From NCBI GenBank assembly GCA_001655205.1, contig LPNZ01007145.1, positions 1-47,975 of the forward strand: a DNA stretch of 47,975 nucleotides, written 5' to 3'. The position numbers and the translations under genes are program-made. Origin of the DNA: Lenisia limosa. Taxonomy: Eukaryota; Protista; Breviatea. Each line of letters opens with the position of its first letter. Positions within the stretch are counted from its first letter, which is position 1. The notes beneath the pieces were generated by a model. It searched no databases. It was not told where the DNA came from and saw only the letters and a list, made by a program, of their open reading frames with translations. Shown here piece after piece: positions 1-12,800 of this stretch.

Positions 1-3000
1 ATGACAGCCTGGGCCAAGTCAGTGTCACCGTCTCGCTTGTCTCGAAGTCTCACCCATATCAAAATGTGAGCCGAATGCAAGCTCGCAACCGCTGTGGACT
101 AACCAGTGTAAATACAACAGTATCCACAATGTGAAAATTAAACAATATGTGGCCTCTGGCTAATGCGAGAAATTCAGTGTATTTCCGACACGTTCCTGCG
201 ACTTTCAGTAGCCCCATAAACAAATTCATTCTTTCCCTTTGAAACATTAAAAACTCAAAGAGAAAGTAGCACCCATCACCCACTTTATCCTTAGACGTCT
301 TGACGGCCTTGAAGCCCATATCCAGAAGAGCCTGATAGCCCTTCAGAAAGAGCTCGCCCCTAGATGCGCACAGGAGCGACGGGAGGAGTACTGCTCCGAC
401 CTGCTTGAAACGCGCCTTCTTCATAAGCGCTAGGCCCTTCTCGTAGAACCCAGCCATGACCTGGGGGGGTTATTGCATGTACATTATGGATCTGAATATC
501 GAGGGGTTTCGAGATAAAATACAACATTTTCAGCTGCTGATCTCATGTACGATAATTTACCATTTGAACAGAAAGAGAGAGAAAAAAAGGGGGGTGTTTT
601 CAACTCCACTCACTCTGTCCCAATCTGAGTACTCGCCCTCAACTCTACGACTTGTTGTGATGGGACCGAGAAGTGCAGCGATAGTATCTACAAAGTCGGG
701 CTAAAGGGTGAGCTGTAGGCTTGGAGGTGAGCGTTGGAATGGGAAGGAAATTAAATGGAAAACTATCTTGTCTGACTATTTGGAAGCCTAAATAAAAAAT
801 CTTATTTGGAGAACAATCTTAGAAAAGTTGTATCGCTTTGTCACTGATAAACATAAAAAAAACTATCCTGAAATGACTTCTCCGCATCCCTACCAATAAA
901 TCTGCCTTTTCGGATATCCATCGATTAAAGATGGAATAGAGGTAGGTCATGAATTTCGACGACGACACCAGCTGAGACAGTGAGAAGGTGGAAATACTAG
1001 CAACTAGAAAATTAGGTTGCTTGCATTCATCATTAAGCAATTCTTAAAAAAAACATGAAAAAGGTAAAGGCATATCATATCATAATATCTTTACAGGCCT
1101 CAGGAACCTGGAAAACATTGGAGGTTATCGCAGATTTTTTGAGAAAATTAGCTTGAATTTGTCCGCGCGAGGATAACCCACATTTGGACCCGGGGAAATA
1201 TCCAGCGAAACTCTTCTCAGGGCCTTGACAATCGAAAGAAGAGCCACGTCAGACTACAGGTATCCGTTAAAAAGACCCAAAGATTTAGAAATCCCTTAGT
1301 TGAATAATACTTGCTTATCCCCATTCAATTCCATGGAAAACGGAATAAGAACAAGCCCCCCTCCCCCACGGCTTCCGGATCAGAAAGAGCCCGGAGGAAC
1401 CTGGTTGTAGTTCGTCGGAACCGAAGTCGGCACATCTGACCAAGGAGGCGCCGGACCTAAGGGGAGGGGTGAATGTATGTGGGTAGAAACACTAAGGCCC
1501 AGGCTAGGTGAAATGAGATACTAAAGAAGGGGTGAACTGTTGGAAAGGAAGCGGACGGGATCAAGAAAATAAGTGAAAGTACCCCTCCAACCAATGAAGA
1601 AACACGGACAAGATTGGTTTTGAGTGTGACGTCTCGTGAAGGATCCCGAAGAAGACTGGGTGGTTACGACGATTGCAAAAAAGAGTGGAACTATACTTCT
1701 AGAAAAAGTTGCATTTTGAGAAAACTCAACATATAGCGAAAGAATATATCGATAAAATAAAAAATAAAAATAAAATAGAACTCTCTGCTAAAAAATATAT
1801 GGACTGGATTGCTGATGGGGAATGCCTCAATTTTTGAAACCCAGTCCCACGCTTCAACAACAAAGAGCCGTGCGAAGGCAAAGTCAGCAAGACGGTTGGT
1901 GACCTCCAACGAAATTTCTGGATAGTCAGGAACGTGGTGTTTTTGTTGTTGGCGAAACAATTAAGAACTATAAAAACCAGTGATAGTGTTAAGACGTCAA
2001 CCCCTTTGTTACATGTTAAGTCTTCACTTTGGTCCTAAAAAGACCACCTCTATAACAATCATAGTAGTATCGATATTCTCCTGGTCGATTTCGGAAATAA
2101 AGAGTACCAAACCTGATTTTGAGGTAACTCGAGAGAGTAAATTGAGAAGAGCCTGGTTAGTCACGTGGTCAACAAGCATCTACATGGTGAAAACCGTCCA
2201 GTGTCTGTAAAGCACAAAAAATAATATCAAGAAGGGGGATAAATAGAAAGAATCAATAAACCAGCCCACGTTTCGCCTTTGCAGTAACAGAGAAAGGGCG
2301 ACTTCAACAAGGGATGCATCCGTAATGCCCAATGACTCTCTGGAACGATGAATGTGTGGAAATGTGAACATTGACCGGGGTTAGTCTTGAACAACATGAA
2401 TCATGTTATTTTAGAACATTCGGTCAAGATATTCACACGGTCAGTGTCTGTTGAAGATAATTAAGGTCTAGAAATCACTTTTGTCAAACAACTAAACAGA
2501 AACCGTCCATAAACATTAAATTATGCACTAAGGCATATTATATACTGCAACACACAATAATAATATATTAAGTATTAGTGAAAAAACCCATATGATAAAA
2601 CTTGTCAATCGCCACAACCCCACAATCTTGAAGTGGCTTCGGCAATGAAGTTGTCTCCATCCGGAGAGGTTGCCAGGTCGTGCCAGTTCAGAAGACCCTC
2701 AATAGTGCTTGATGGGTTGTGTTTGCCAAGTACTGCGAGGATACTACAGACTTAATGATATATATAATATACAAAAAACCATGTGGTATCAGACCCATCA
2801 TTATAAAGACACCCTGAATGTGTACATTGAAAGGATATAGAGAGTTCACCCCTCACGAAAGCCCTCTGAAATACTCCGGGTCGGAATAGGGGTCAAAGTA
2901 CTCCTCGAAGTTGATTTCTTCGGCCTGAAAAACATATCAAGTTTGACAGAAATGTGTGATTAATCAGTCCCAAAAGGGTAGGTAAAAGTGAGAGATAATG

Positions 3001-3306
3001 AAACAGTGGTCTGGAAGAAGCCAACGACATCAACATCATATTTAGAGACTGGGATTATATATTTAATATTTAATTGCCATGAGATGGATATGTGACATAC
3101 CGTGTGTAACTATTTACCCGACGATTAAGCCGGTAATTGCTTGAGTGCTGTTTGCTTACCGTTTCAACATCGTCACCTAAGAGCAAAGATTGAGCAAGAC
3201 CGATCCGGCTAGCTGTCGCGATTTTCTGGTCCGCTGGCGTCACAAATGTCAATAAAGCCTTTCCTATGCCTCCTTGAGGGAACGAGGCCCTGAGGGACGA
3301 GTTCAT
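1..3306 (-). CDS. Furry/MOR2-PAG1/Tao3-like cell-morphogenesis scaffold, N-terminal part (multi-exon, continues past window start)
   Basis: Exons read in the order expected for the MOR2-PAG1 N-terminal domain: VRRLLGQMCRLRFRRTTTRFLRAL (~1370-1455), SSSKFMTYLYSIFNRWISEK (~900-965), DTIAALLGPITTSRRVEGEYSDW (~625-690), AGFYEKGLALMKKARFKQVGAVLLPSLLCASRGELFLKGYQALL (~325-455, compare Furry LLCVSQKQLFLNRW). Start codon tentatively at 3306. Motif recall only. Confidence 0.72.
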
Positions 3307-3799
3307 GGTGATCACCCTCTACCTCCCTTCTGCCTTCACCCTCGATTCCTACTCTTTTTTGTAACTATATCACTGCTATATCAAAAAAGCTTGAATCTTC
3401 ACCACATTTAAAGGGAGAATTCGCAGGCCATGAACTTTCGTTATATATGTCGATAAAAATCGATATTTTATTTCGACACATTCCAGCAAATAATCCCTGG
3501 TACAAATTTATCTATACGATTTCATTCGAACGAAGTGCACTAAGGTAAGCAGGAGGAACAAAGAAAATCATTTGAAATGTTTAAACTTTTAAAGTTATAT
3601 CGTTCTAAAAAGGTTTAAGATCAAAAATATGCTTACATTGTACTTTTTTCCTAATTAGGCAAGTTACAGTTTCCTTTATCCGAACGAATTTGCAGGAATC
3701 TCCCCTTCTCATTTTATTGTTTTTAGCTCCTATCGAAAGTATTTTGTTTAGCTAAATTAGCTTGAAGGATTGAAAGAACAATCTTAAAAGCTGGCAAAA

Positions 3800-6700
3800 A
3801 TGAGAGTTCTTCTTTGGTCTATTCTCTGGCTTCTACCGTTTGCTTTGGCCGACCCCAGAAGTCCTACAAGCAAATGTGGTTATCACGAAGAAGTTTGCAC
3901 CATTTCAGGTCAACCATACGGTAAATCTTTTTTCTTTGATTTCACTTTTCAGAGCTGTGCTGTCCCACAAATGCCTTTTGCAAAATGGTATGCTGGGAAG
4001 AAGCTACCTTTTCAAAGTGATCGTTGAGCATGAAAATTCTTTTAATTTCTTGATAATTGCAGTTTTCCTTTTTGGGAATTTGTTAATTAGAAACTTTTAC
4101 TATTTCTAGCTGATGTAATTGTTTCTGAGTGTATTACAACACTACCAACACAATATCATCTTTGATAGTACCGATTTTTCTATGAGCCTCCGCTACCGTC
4201 CTTAGTCATCCCTTGTATTGTACCAAAGTCCTTCAGCTAATACTTTTAGATCGGCAAAAGTCCCACTTGTGCCTGTAATACAATTGGACATGTCATTTGT
4301 GATGGTATCTGTAGACCCGAGAGTTATTTCAAGGACAACAAGTATGAAGAATCAGAATAATAACTTTGATGAGTTAATTAATACTCTAATAACCTCATAC
4401 TTATAAGCATGATTGTGTGTACGGCTCAGCCAGATACTACCTGTCTTTATTTCCCATCTCTGCATACACACAGGATGGTGTCTCTGATCATTCTATGTTC
4501 CATTGTGGCAAGTGCAACAACCTCTGCCTTGGCAAGTGTGTTCATGGGGAGTGCCAATCCCACTGCGACGATAATGAGACTCAGTGCGGATTTCGGTGCT
4601 GTCCGTCTTACATGAAATGTCACTATGTGAGTGGGCACTTACTTTGGTCAACGTAAAATTCATGGAACAATATTTAATATTATGAAGTTAGAATAATTGG
4701 ATCGATTTTGAATTTCAAATTGCGTATCAAACGTACTTCTATTTACCACTACAGGGTACATGTGTCTGTAAGGACCCTCGGCTTGTCTCCTGCAAGGGCG
4801 TTTGTATTGATCCTTGGGTAAGCGATAACTAAGTATATTGACTTAATATCGTTTCACTTTAACCAAAAAGGATTTTGAAAATGATCAGTACAACTGTGGA
4901 AAGTGTGGTATCAAATGCGGCAAGAGTGAGATCTGTCATAATGGAAAGTGTATTTGTCTGGAGAGTGAGAAATGCCATTGTGACAAGGTATGAACACACT
5001 TTTGATAACGTGAATTCACTTGATAACTCCAATGCATTTTTTAATTGTACAACAGGGGGAGATGATGTGTGATGACATGTGCATCCCTATTTCCAACGAA
5101 AACTGTTATTCATGTGGCTACACCTGTCCCCCTGGAACATCCTGTCACAAGTACAGCAAATCTTGCAGTGGGTTTTCTACTTGTAGTTTTGGTTCAGCAT
5201 TAATGGACATAGAATGCAAAAACGGACATGATATGTGCGGGCTGGTCTGCTGTGAAGGTGACGAAAGGTCTGTTGGCTGACATGCCATTGTTTCCTAAAA
5301 CAACCCGATTGCGTTTCACGAGTTTTACTTTCTTCCTAAATACCCAGATGCATCAACGGGGTTTGTGTTGAAAACGCTTGTGAGTACAACGAGAAGCAGT
5401 GCGGCGCTGACCCCCTTCGTAGACCTCACTGTTGCCATGAATCCGAGGTTGGAAAGGCAATACTCTCTGGTAAAACTATATTCAATTTTGTAACAAACTC
5501 AGGAGTGTACTTTTGACCTTGCGTACAACCATCACCAGTGTGGATGCGGAAAGGGCAAAATCAAGTAGGCTGCGTCTCTTAAAACATAACAAATGAATGT
5601 GTCATAGATCTTGGATTTGAACATTATTATGAAAACTATAACAATGAAGGTGTAAGTCAAAGTGCATTGATGTTTCAACGGACAAGAAGAACTGCGGAAA
5701 ATGCAACAGGGTGGGGTCTTCACTCAAACTTTGATTCCAAGAATAAGATCTCTGAGAACTGATGGATTTTTGTGTTCGCACATTACACCATTTCCACTTT
5801 AATACTTCTCACAGAAATGCGGAAGTAAGAAGAAGTGTATCGCCGGTCACTGTGTGTCCGACAGTCTATGTGATGAGGGATACAAGAGATGCAAGAAGGG
5901 AAAGAACAAGAAGTGCTGCCGTAAGGACCAGGTATGCTCGTCATTAATATTGAAACCAAATTGACAAGTAATATCTCTTACTAATTTTTTAGTGTTGCCA
6001 TACCAAACGTGGAGAGACAAAATGTCGTTGCGGTACTATGAGGGTCGAATGTGATGGAATGTGCCGTCATGTTCACTCATTTTCACATGATAACCACAAC
6101 TGGTGAGGCTCTTGCGATATATTGCTGGGCTTTACATGTCTGCCTTGTGTAATGATGTAGTGGAGAATGTGGAAAGAAATGTTCCTACAACCATCTCTGC
6201 GTAGAAGGAGTTTGTAAGGAAATTCTCATTCCATGCCCAATTAAGAAGGTAAGAAATATTAACTGATTCAGTTTCATTAACTGTAGATCGAGGATGGCTT
6301 AAACCACTTGCTGCAACTGGATAAAGCCAACAGTCATTTCAACGACTATGAAGCCGTTTATGGATTCATCATTGAAGACATTGAGAAAACCGAGATCATA
6401 TTTGATGTTAGTTTGGATTGTAGTGTTTCCTACTATGCTGCCCATTTAATTCACCACCCCATAGTTCTGGGAAGGTCACAGCTGCAGCCCCCCTACTGTC
6501 ATTAGTACACGTTACCCTTCAAAGTGCAAGGTAGGAAGTTGTTCTCATGAGGGTCAAATAATTTTGTTGCTCTAATAGCAAATTTGAGTCAATGATATTG
6601 ATTGTGTAACAATCGCAGACATTGTACCAACTTAAGTACAACACAAGCACGTGTGGCTTTTCGCTAAGAGGAGGTACGTGGATATTTGCTTAAGGTAGTT

Positions 6701-9610
6701 GTTGAAGTGTCCCGATAATATTGGTAAAGAATAAAAGCTGTTATAAAAATTAAATTTGGGTAAGATGACGTTTCAAACAGTAACCGCCACTTTAGTTAAG
6801 TTTGGAGTTCGGCTCATCCATACTCCTACCGACAATGTCACATACCAATACTCAGCAGCCTTCATTGTTCAACACGATGTGCCTACAGAGGTGAGGCTCT
6901 TGATCAAAATAGGACATAAATTGTTTCATTTGGTTTTTATAAACAGTACCAATTCTTTCTAGACGACCTTCAGCGGAAGCGCCTTTGTACTGAGTGACAG
7001 CACCCACTCGAAAAGGGATGGCCATGAGGTGAGCTTATCAAAACCGTCCTTTATGCCATAGATTGTCAAAAGTTGGCTTGTGGAGAAGTCTTGGGAAGTT
7101 ACGGACAAGACGGGAACGTAGGCTGGGAATCATAAACATGCTTAACTCCTTCTCATACAATACAAGACTGCTCAACTATGGTCTCCCTGATGTTACTTTA
7201 ATCCAGAGCTCTTCTTCGCACACAGACCAACGAAGGCAATTACCTTGAACCGACATCCATATATGGTATGTGAAAAAATATGGATATGAAACGATTACAA
7301 ATACTTGAGGATTCTCAATTTCCCCCAAATCAATCATTAATGACCGACAAACAGGACCTATTGGCATCCTTGTTGATATTGAGGAGGACGAATCCCAGGC
7401 GGTTAACTGCGGTCTTGGAAGTGACAACTCCCAACCCTGCGTCCAAGTCTTCAAGGTTTGACAGAGGAGATCAAATCTAATTTCAATAGGAATTTTGACA
7501 TAGTAAGAATATATTATAGATGTCATGGACATATAATTTAAGGTTACACCTCCAAACCCATCATTACCCCCAAGGTCATGATTGACCCGAATTTGGAGTG
7601 TGGCTTCTCTGGCGACTACAGCGCTACTTTTGCCGTGTTCTGCAACGAGCATGACGAATACACCAACAACTGCAAGAAGGAGAATCCTGTCAGAGTAAGC
7701 ATTTTGGGCAGTGAGATAGCATTTATATACAGTGATTTGAAAAACAAGCTGAAATAATAATTTTGATGCGTCCCTAGTAATTTATTATTGTCATCCCTTC
7801 ATATACCTTCAAGTAAGACAAGTTACAAGAACAGGTTAAAATCGGCATTCTCAGTGACGACACGGTCTGTGCCGGCCTCGAAATTGCCGTGCATATTAAC
7901 GCTGACTTGACACATGTCGGGGACTCTTCCGTGGTTGCTGCAAACGAAATAGTCAAATTCAAGCTCAGCGTAGGCGACTTATATTATCATGCGAATGATG
8001 TTATGGTATCAACATATGTACCAGGTTCTAATCTATCAAGTAGCTCCACCCTCTCAATATAGTCAGGTTACTCAACATTTAGTCCAAAACGAATGATGTT
8101 GAAATTGAAGAGGTGACACCATTGCTCATCTCTATCAACTCCAATGGTTCAGACAAACTGCTTTATTCAGAAGTAAGCTTCAAAAGCACCTGGCTCAAGG
8201 ACCATTGTAGTCATTAACTAAAGTGACATCATTGTATTTGATTCTTCAATAGTTAACTATAAATTACCCAGGCCAACGGAGCAACAGAACTTGCTGAAGG
8301 TGCGGAGTGGGACCTTGACCTCTCAAATGCTCAACTTGGCCACTTTGAATTCTCCTTCAAGTAAGCCTATTTCCAAAAGTGTCTTATATAATTACTATCC
8401 TTCGACTCATCAAAATTTTTCTGTAAATATTCTTTTAACAAATAAGTTTGACTACATTATTCACCTTACAGACTTATTACAACCCCAAAAGACGATGCCA
8501 TTATTTACATTGAGAAAGGCAATAACACGCCCGTTGTGTTCGCCATGCACTGTACTTTCAAGTTAGGGGGTTTCAAAAGTATACTTACATATTGTATTAT
8601 TATTATTTGTTTATTTGCTTGTTAGCATGTAATTTGAAACAAAAGAGTAAACAATTTAGGATCACTTACAAGGATCTGAATGGCAGAAGAGAAGAGGTTG
8701 GTTGGGATTATGAATTATGTAAGAAGATTTAATTGTTAGACACATTGAACCAACTGATACCCTTGATTATCCAACATCAGGTCGTGGAGTCCGTTTCCGG
8801 AGGTGACAATGTTGAGCTGATGATTATTCCCGAGCCTTTGGCAGTAGGTGGTGATAATAGCGTGAATATTCAATTCCTAATTTTGATGGTGATTCCATAA
8901 AAATAAATATCACATCTTCAATTTTCAATATAAACAAAAATGAACAGCAATCTGTCTTGGTGATAGCGTCTGTGCAGAATTCATTCATATCAGGAATCTT
9001 GCCCCGATGACTACAAAGACCCTTGTCAGACAAACAACGGAGGCTGCAACACTGCTCCCTTCCTTGATTGCAAATCCATTTCATGCCTCGGTTTGAGTGG
9101 TGACAGGAGGCCTGGGAATATTTTGCGAATTGGTGTGACATATTTTATTATAATTTATTCACTATTCTCATCCATTCAGGTGACATTGTCTGTGACAAGT
9201 GCCTTGTTGGGGTGGAGGACGGCAAGTGAGCAGGTGGTTCCAAATATATCATTCTGGTTTTCTTATTTGTAAATTCTTACTTCATGGTGATATTTCACAA
9301 AAGCCGATGATATAAAACGTGGAATGCTCTTGTGGAAATGGAACCAGGAAAACGTATTAGTTGCGCACTAATGCTCCAGATGCGTGTCCGTCGCCAATTC
9401 CGAAGACAAGACTTTTGTTGAGGGTAAGGGGGTGAGTAGCAATTCCTTTGGATTGGATAATATGGTGAAATTTCAATTATTGTTGTAGAAAACACAACTG
9501 TGATTGCCGCTGGCGGTGGAGCAGTTGTTCTGGGCGCTCTGGTGTTTTCGATTATCAAGGCAAAGAAGAAGGCTGTCCCCACAAATGATATGAGTCTCGA
9601 GCAAATGTAA
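3800..9610 (+). CDS. Large secreted/type I membrane protein: signal peptide, Cys-rich Stig1-like repeats, beta-rich middle, EGF-like module, C-terminal TM helix (many small exons)
   Basis: Signal peptide MRVLLWSILWLLPFALA at 3800; repeats HCGKCNNLCLGKCVHGEC (~4500) and NDQYNCGKCGIKCGKSEICHNGKC (~4880); EGF-like DPCQTNNGGCNTAPFLDCKSISC (~9015-9085); last exon TVIAAGGGAVVLGALVFSIIKAKKKAVPTNDMSLEQM* with TAA at 9608-9610. GT-AG introns throughout. Confidence 0.75.
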
Positions 9611-9837
9611 AATATAATGTGTGAAATATTGTTCAGCTCAACAAAGAGAGACCTGTTGCAGCAATACCTCAAAAAAGTGTACACACGGTAAATATTCACA
9701 CAATTGGAGAAAAAAATCTGTTCTCACAGTTGTAGTAGAAAACAGAACATATCGATATGTATTTCATATGCGTCAAGAATCGGGAAACAGGAGTACAGCA
9801 AAAACAAAACTAAAACATGAAACCAACCACAACCATC

Positions 9838-12800
9838 TTATCTCCTTTGAAGCGCTGTACGCAATTCATTCCGAACAACTTCCAAGGGAGTAGGCACCTT
9901 TGAAATGAGAAATTCTCATGAGTAGAGCAAGAGTTGATTGTATTTCAAGAAAAGAAAGTTCAAAAGCGTACCTGAGATCCGACTTTCCTCGTTTTTACAG
10001 AGGGTTCGTCGTCATCATCATCATCGTCGTCGTCAATCACACGCCTGAAACATGAAACAATAATATAATCCAACATATGGGAGATACATTCTTGTTTTCT
10101 TCTAGTAAATGCCCTCATACACACTACTTGGTGGAACATACAAGACAACAAGTGCAAAATACAAAAACATGCCCTCTCCCCACTTTTGTCGTTTCCTCAT
10201 TCTCTTGGGTTGCACAGCTTCATTGACAACCACTGTGCGGTATACGACTTTCCTTTGCTCAGCTGCCTCGTTCTCTTTCGTCGGTTCCTGGGCGGTAATT
10301 CGGATTAGCTACCTTTAAAAATTCTTGCAGCACAACCTCTCATTTAAGACTAAATTCAATGAAGAGGAAGATCATACTATCTGGTTCTTCCGGAAGGGGT
10401 TTAACCCCATTAAATAAGTAACAAACTTTCAAACAGAGTTAGTGATTATCTAATAATCAAGATGAACTGTAATGCCATCCGACTCATACCCCCTTCCCAT
10501 CCCTTCTGCTTTTTTATGTACATAGTTTTCTACACACATACAGGTGTATCGATATAGGAAATAATATATTCTCAAATTATGTTATCTTCCAAAGTTCACA
10601 TTTCAAAACCCACTTTTCCATCTCCGGTGGTTCTCCACGGACTGTGTGTGCCCTTGTCAATGATGTGGTTCAGAGTGGCCATGATTTCCTGAGCTGAGGG
10701 GGTCAAAAATATCAGGCAAGTTAAAGCTATGATATATATACATGATACTATCACACATTAGAAGATTAACATGATTTACACTCCAAAAACCTTCAGTAGG
10801 TAAATGGCAGAACCCAGGAAGAATTCCCGGAATAGAAAGCATCTTGCGAAGCCAGTTCTGAATGGTTAGTTTATCAAAGGACTAGATTGAAGTCATAAAA
10901 TATGATTTTTATTGAAATGATAATATACAAAGGTAAACATGATAAGAAGGCATAAGTTTGATCAAAAAAAGGATAATAAATAAGTTCATCCTCAACCAAA
11001 ACCGCACATACAGCGAAGAACTTAGTATACGGGGGCTGGGAGGCGTGGACGACACCCGAAATAGCATGGCGAACAATAGTGTGATCCGTGGTGGCCGCTG
11101 ATGACTCGAAATAGGATAGTCCAAGATCAAAAGCTCTGCAATGGTGATAAAAACCTATGATACAGTCCATCCTTATCAGCTTTTCTGCATTCCGATACGC
11201 AAAAGTATTCGGTTTTCACCCGTCCTACCCTTGACCCATGCAAGCAGTGATTGCTGAGATAAAACGCTTCCTAAACTGTGAAAAAAGTGTCACTATCATC
11301 TTTACTATCTATGCCAAACAGAGGGGTGTTTGTAAATAAATCAATACACTTCCCATTAAAAACTATCAGCAAAGCCTTTGAAGTTACCATTGGTGTCTCT
11401 CAGACAATACAGATAAAAAACTAGCAAAATAATACGAACCATTTCACCACTATCCGCCATCCTCTCACTTCAGTCCGAGTGAAGTGGTTGGGTCAAGGCC
11501 GGGGTAGTTTGTGGAATACCCCTTAAACAGGATTTCCTACAAAATAATATTTGGAAGGTGAGACTTGTAAGCGGAGTTCAGCACTACCCTGTCTCACCAG
11601 AATATCTTGATGCAGCTGAGGGTGGTCACAGAGAAGGACCGTGATGAGATCGAGGAATAGCGGCGTCGTAAGCGATTGGGATACTAAAACGTCAGCTTAA
11701 ACACGGGGTATGTATGGTCTTGTATTTTTTTTCAACATTGTATCTGGATAAAGAGGATTACTGTCACAAATAAGACCGGACATATTGAGCGGTTATACCA
11801 AGGTTAATTGCAAGCTCACAGTTTCCGAAGTATCCTTCTTCTGAAAAGCGGTCAGTGATCCATGACAACAGGCAACGCGCTGGGAGGGGGTCCTGTGGAG
11901 GGGTGATGAGGGAAGATCTGGGGCTCTCACTCTCCAACACTCATATCAACACGGGACACAAGAGCCTACCTCAACCAATTCCAGAATGTTGTTGATATGG
12001 GGCTGAAGGGACGCCCCATCGGAGTGCGGGCGGAGGATTTTACTCAGTTTGATGAGCTTCGTCTCAGTGGCAGTGCGACTAAAGAGTGGTGAAGATGAAT
12101 AAGAATATGCAAATAATCAAAAAAAAAAAAAAAAAAAAAANNNNNNNNNNNNNNNNNNNNNNNNNNNNNNNNNNNNNNNNNNNNNNNNNNNNNNNNNNNN
12201 NNNNNNNNNNNNNNNNNNNNNNNNNNNNNNNNNNNNNNNNNNNNNNNNNNNNNNNNNNNNNNNNNNNNNNNNNNNNNNNNNNNNNNNNNNNNTTGAGTCA
12301 TGATTGACGAAACTCTAGAATGTAAAGGGTCTTTTCTGCTTCAAAGGAAACCATGAGGGCAATAATGCGAGGGCTACTATCTTTTCTACCCTGTTTTACT
12401 CCATATGCAGTTGTATAAGAGACAAGCACCCATAAACACCAACGATGAAGAAGGGTCGAAGATGGACTTGATAATTTGCTTGGTCAGAGAGCTGAACTTG
12501 AAGAGCGCTTTGCCTGAATAGGTCAGTTGTCAGATAAATATCGACTTTTTTGATGATTATTTCCTACATCATAATCCATTTCTCAATTATTAATTAAGAA
12601 TATGTTTATCTAGAGGATACAAGAATGTTATAAAACAGGTAGAGGAAACAAGAACAACTAAGTACATTGCATTTCAATATCACCCAGATATTTGATCTCA
12701 AAAAGCACAAATGAACCAGTTCCATAATAGATATTAATCAGCGATTCAACACAAAATTATAATTACAATTTGATGGTAAGAAACTCCTTAATAAAACCCA

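Noticed and set aside
7176-7652. 158-aa minus-strand ORF
   Set aside because: Antisense to plus-strand exons of the surface protein (PQLTAWDSSSSISTRMPIGP mirrors GPIGILVDIEEDESQAVNCG).
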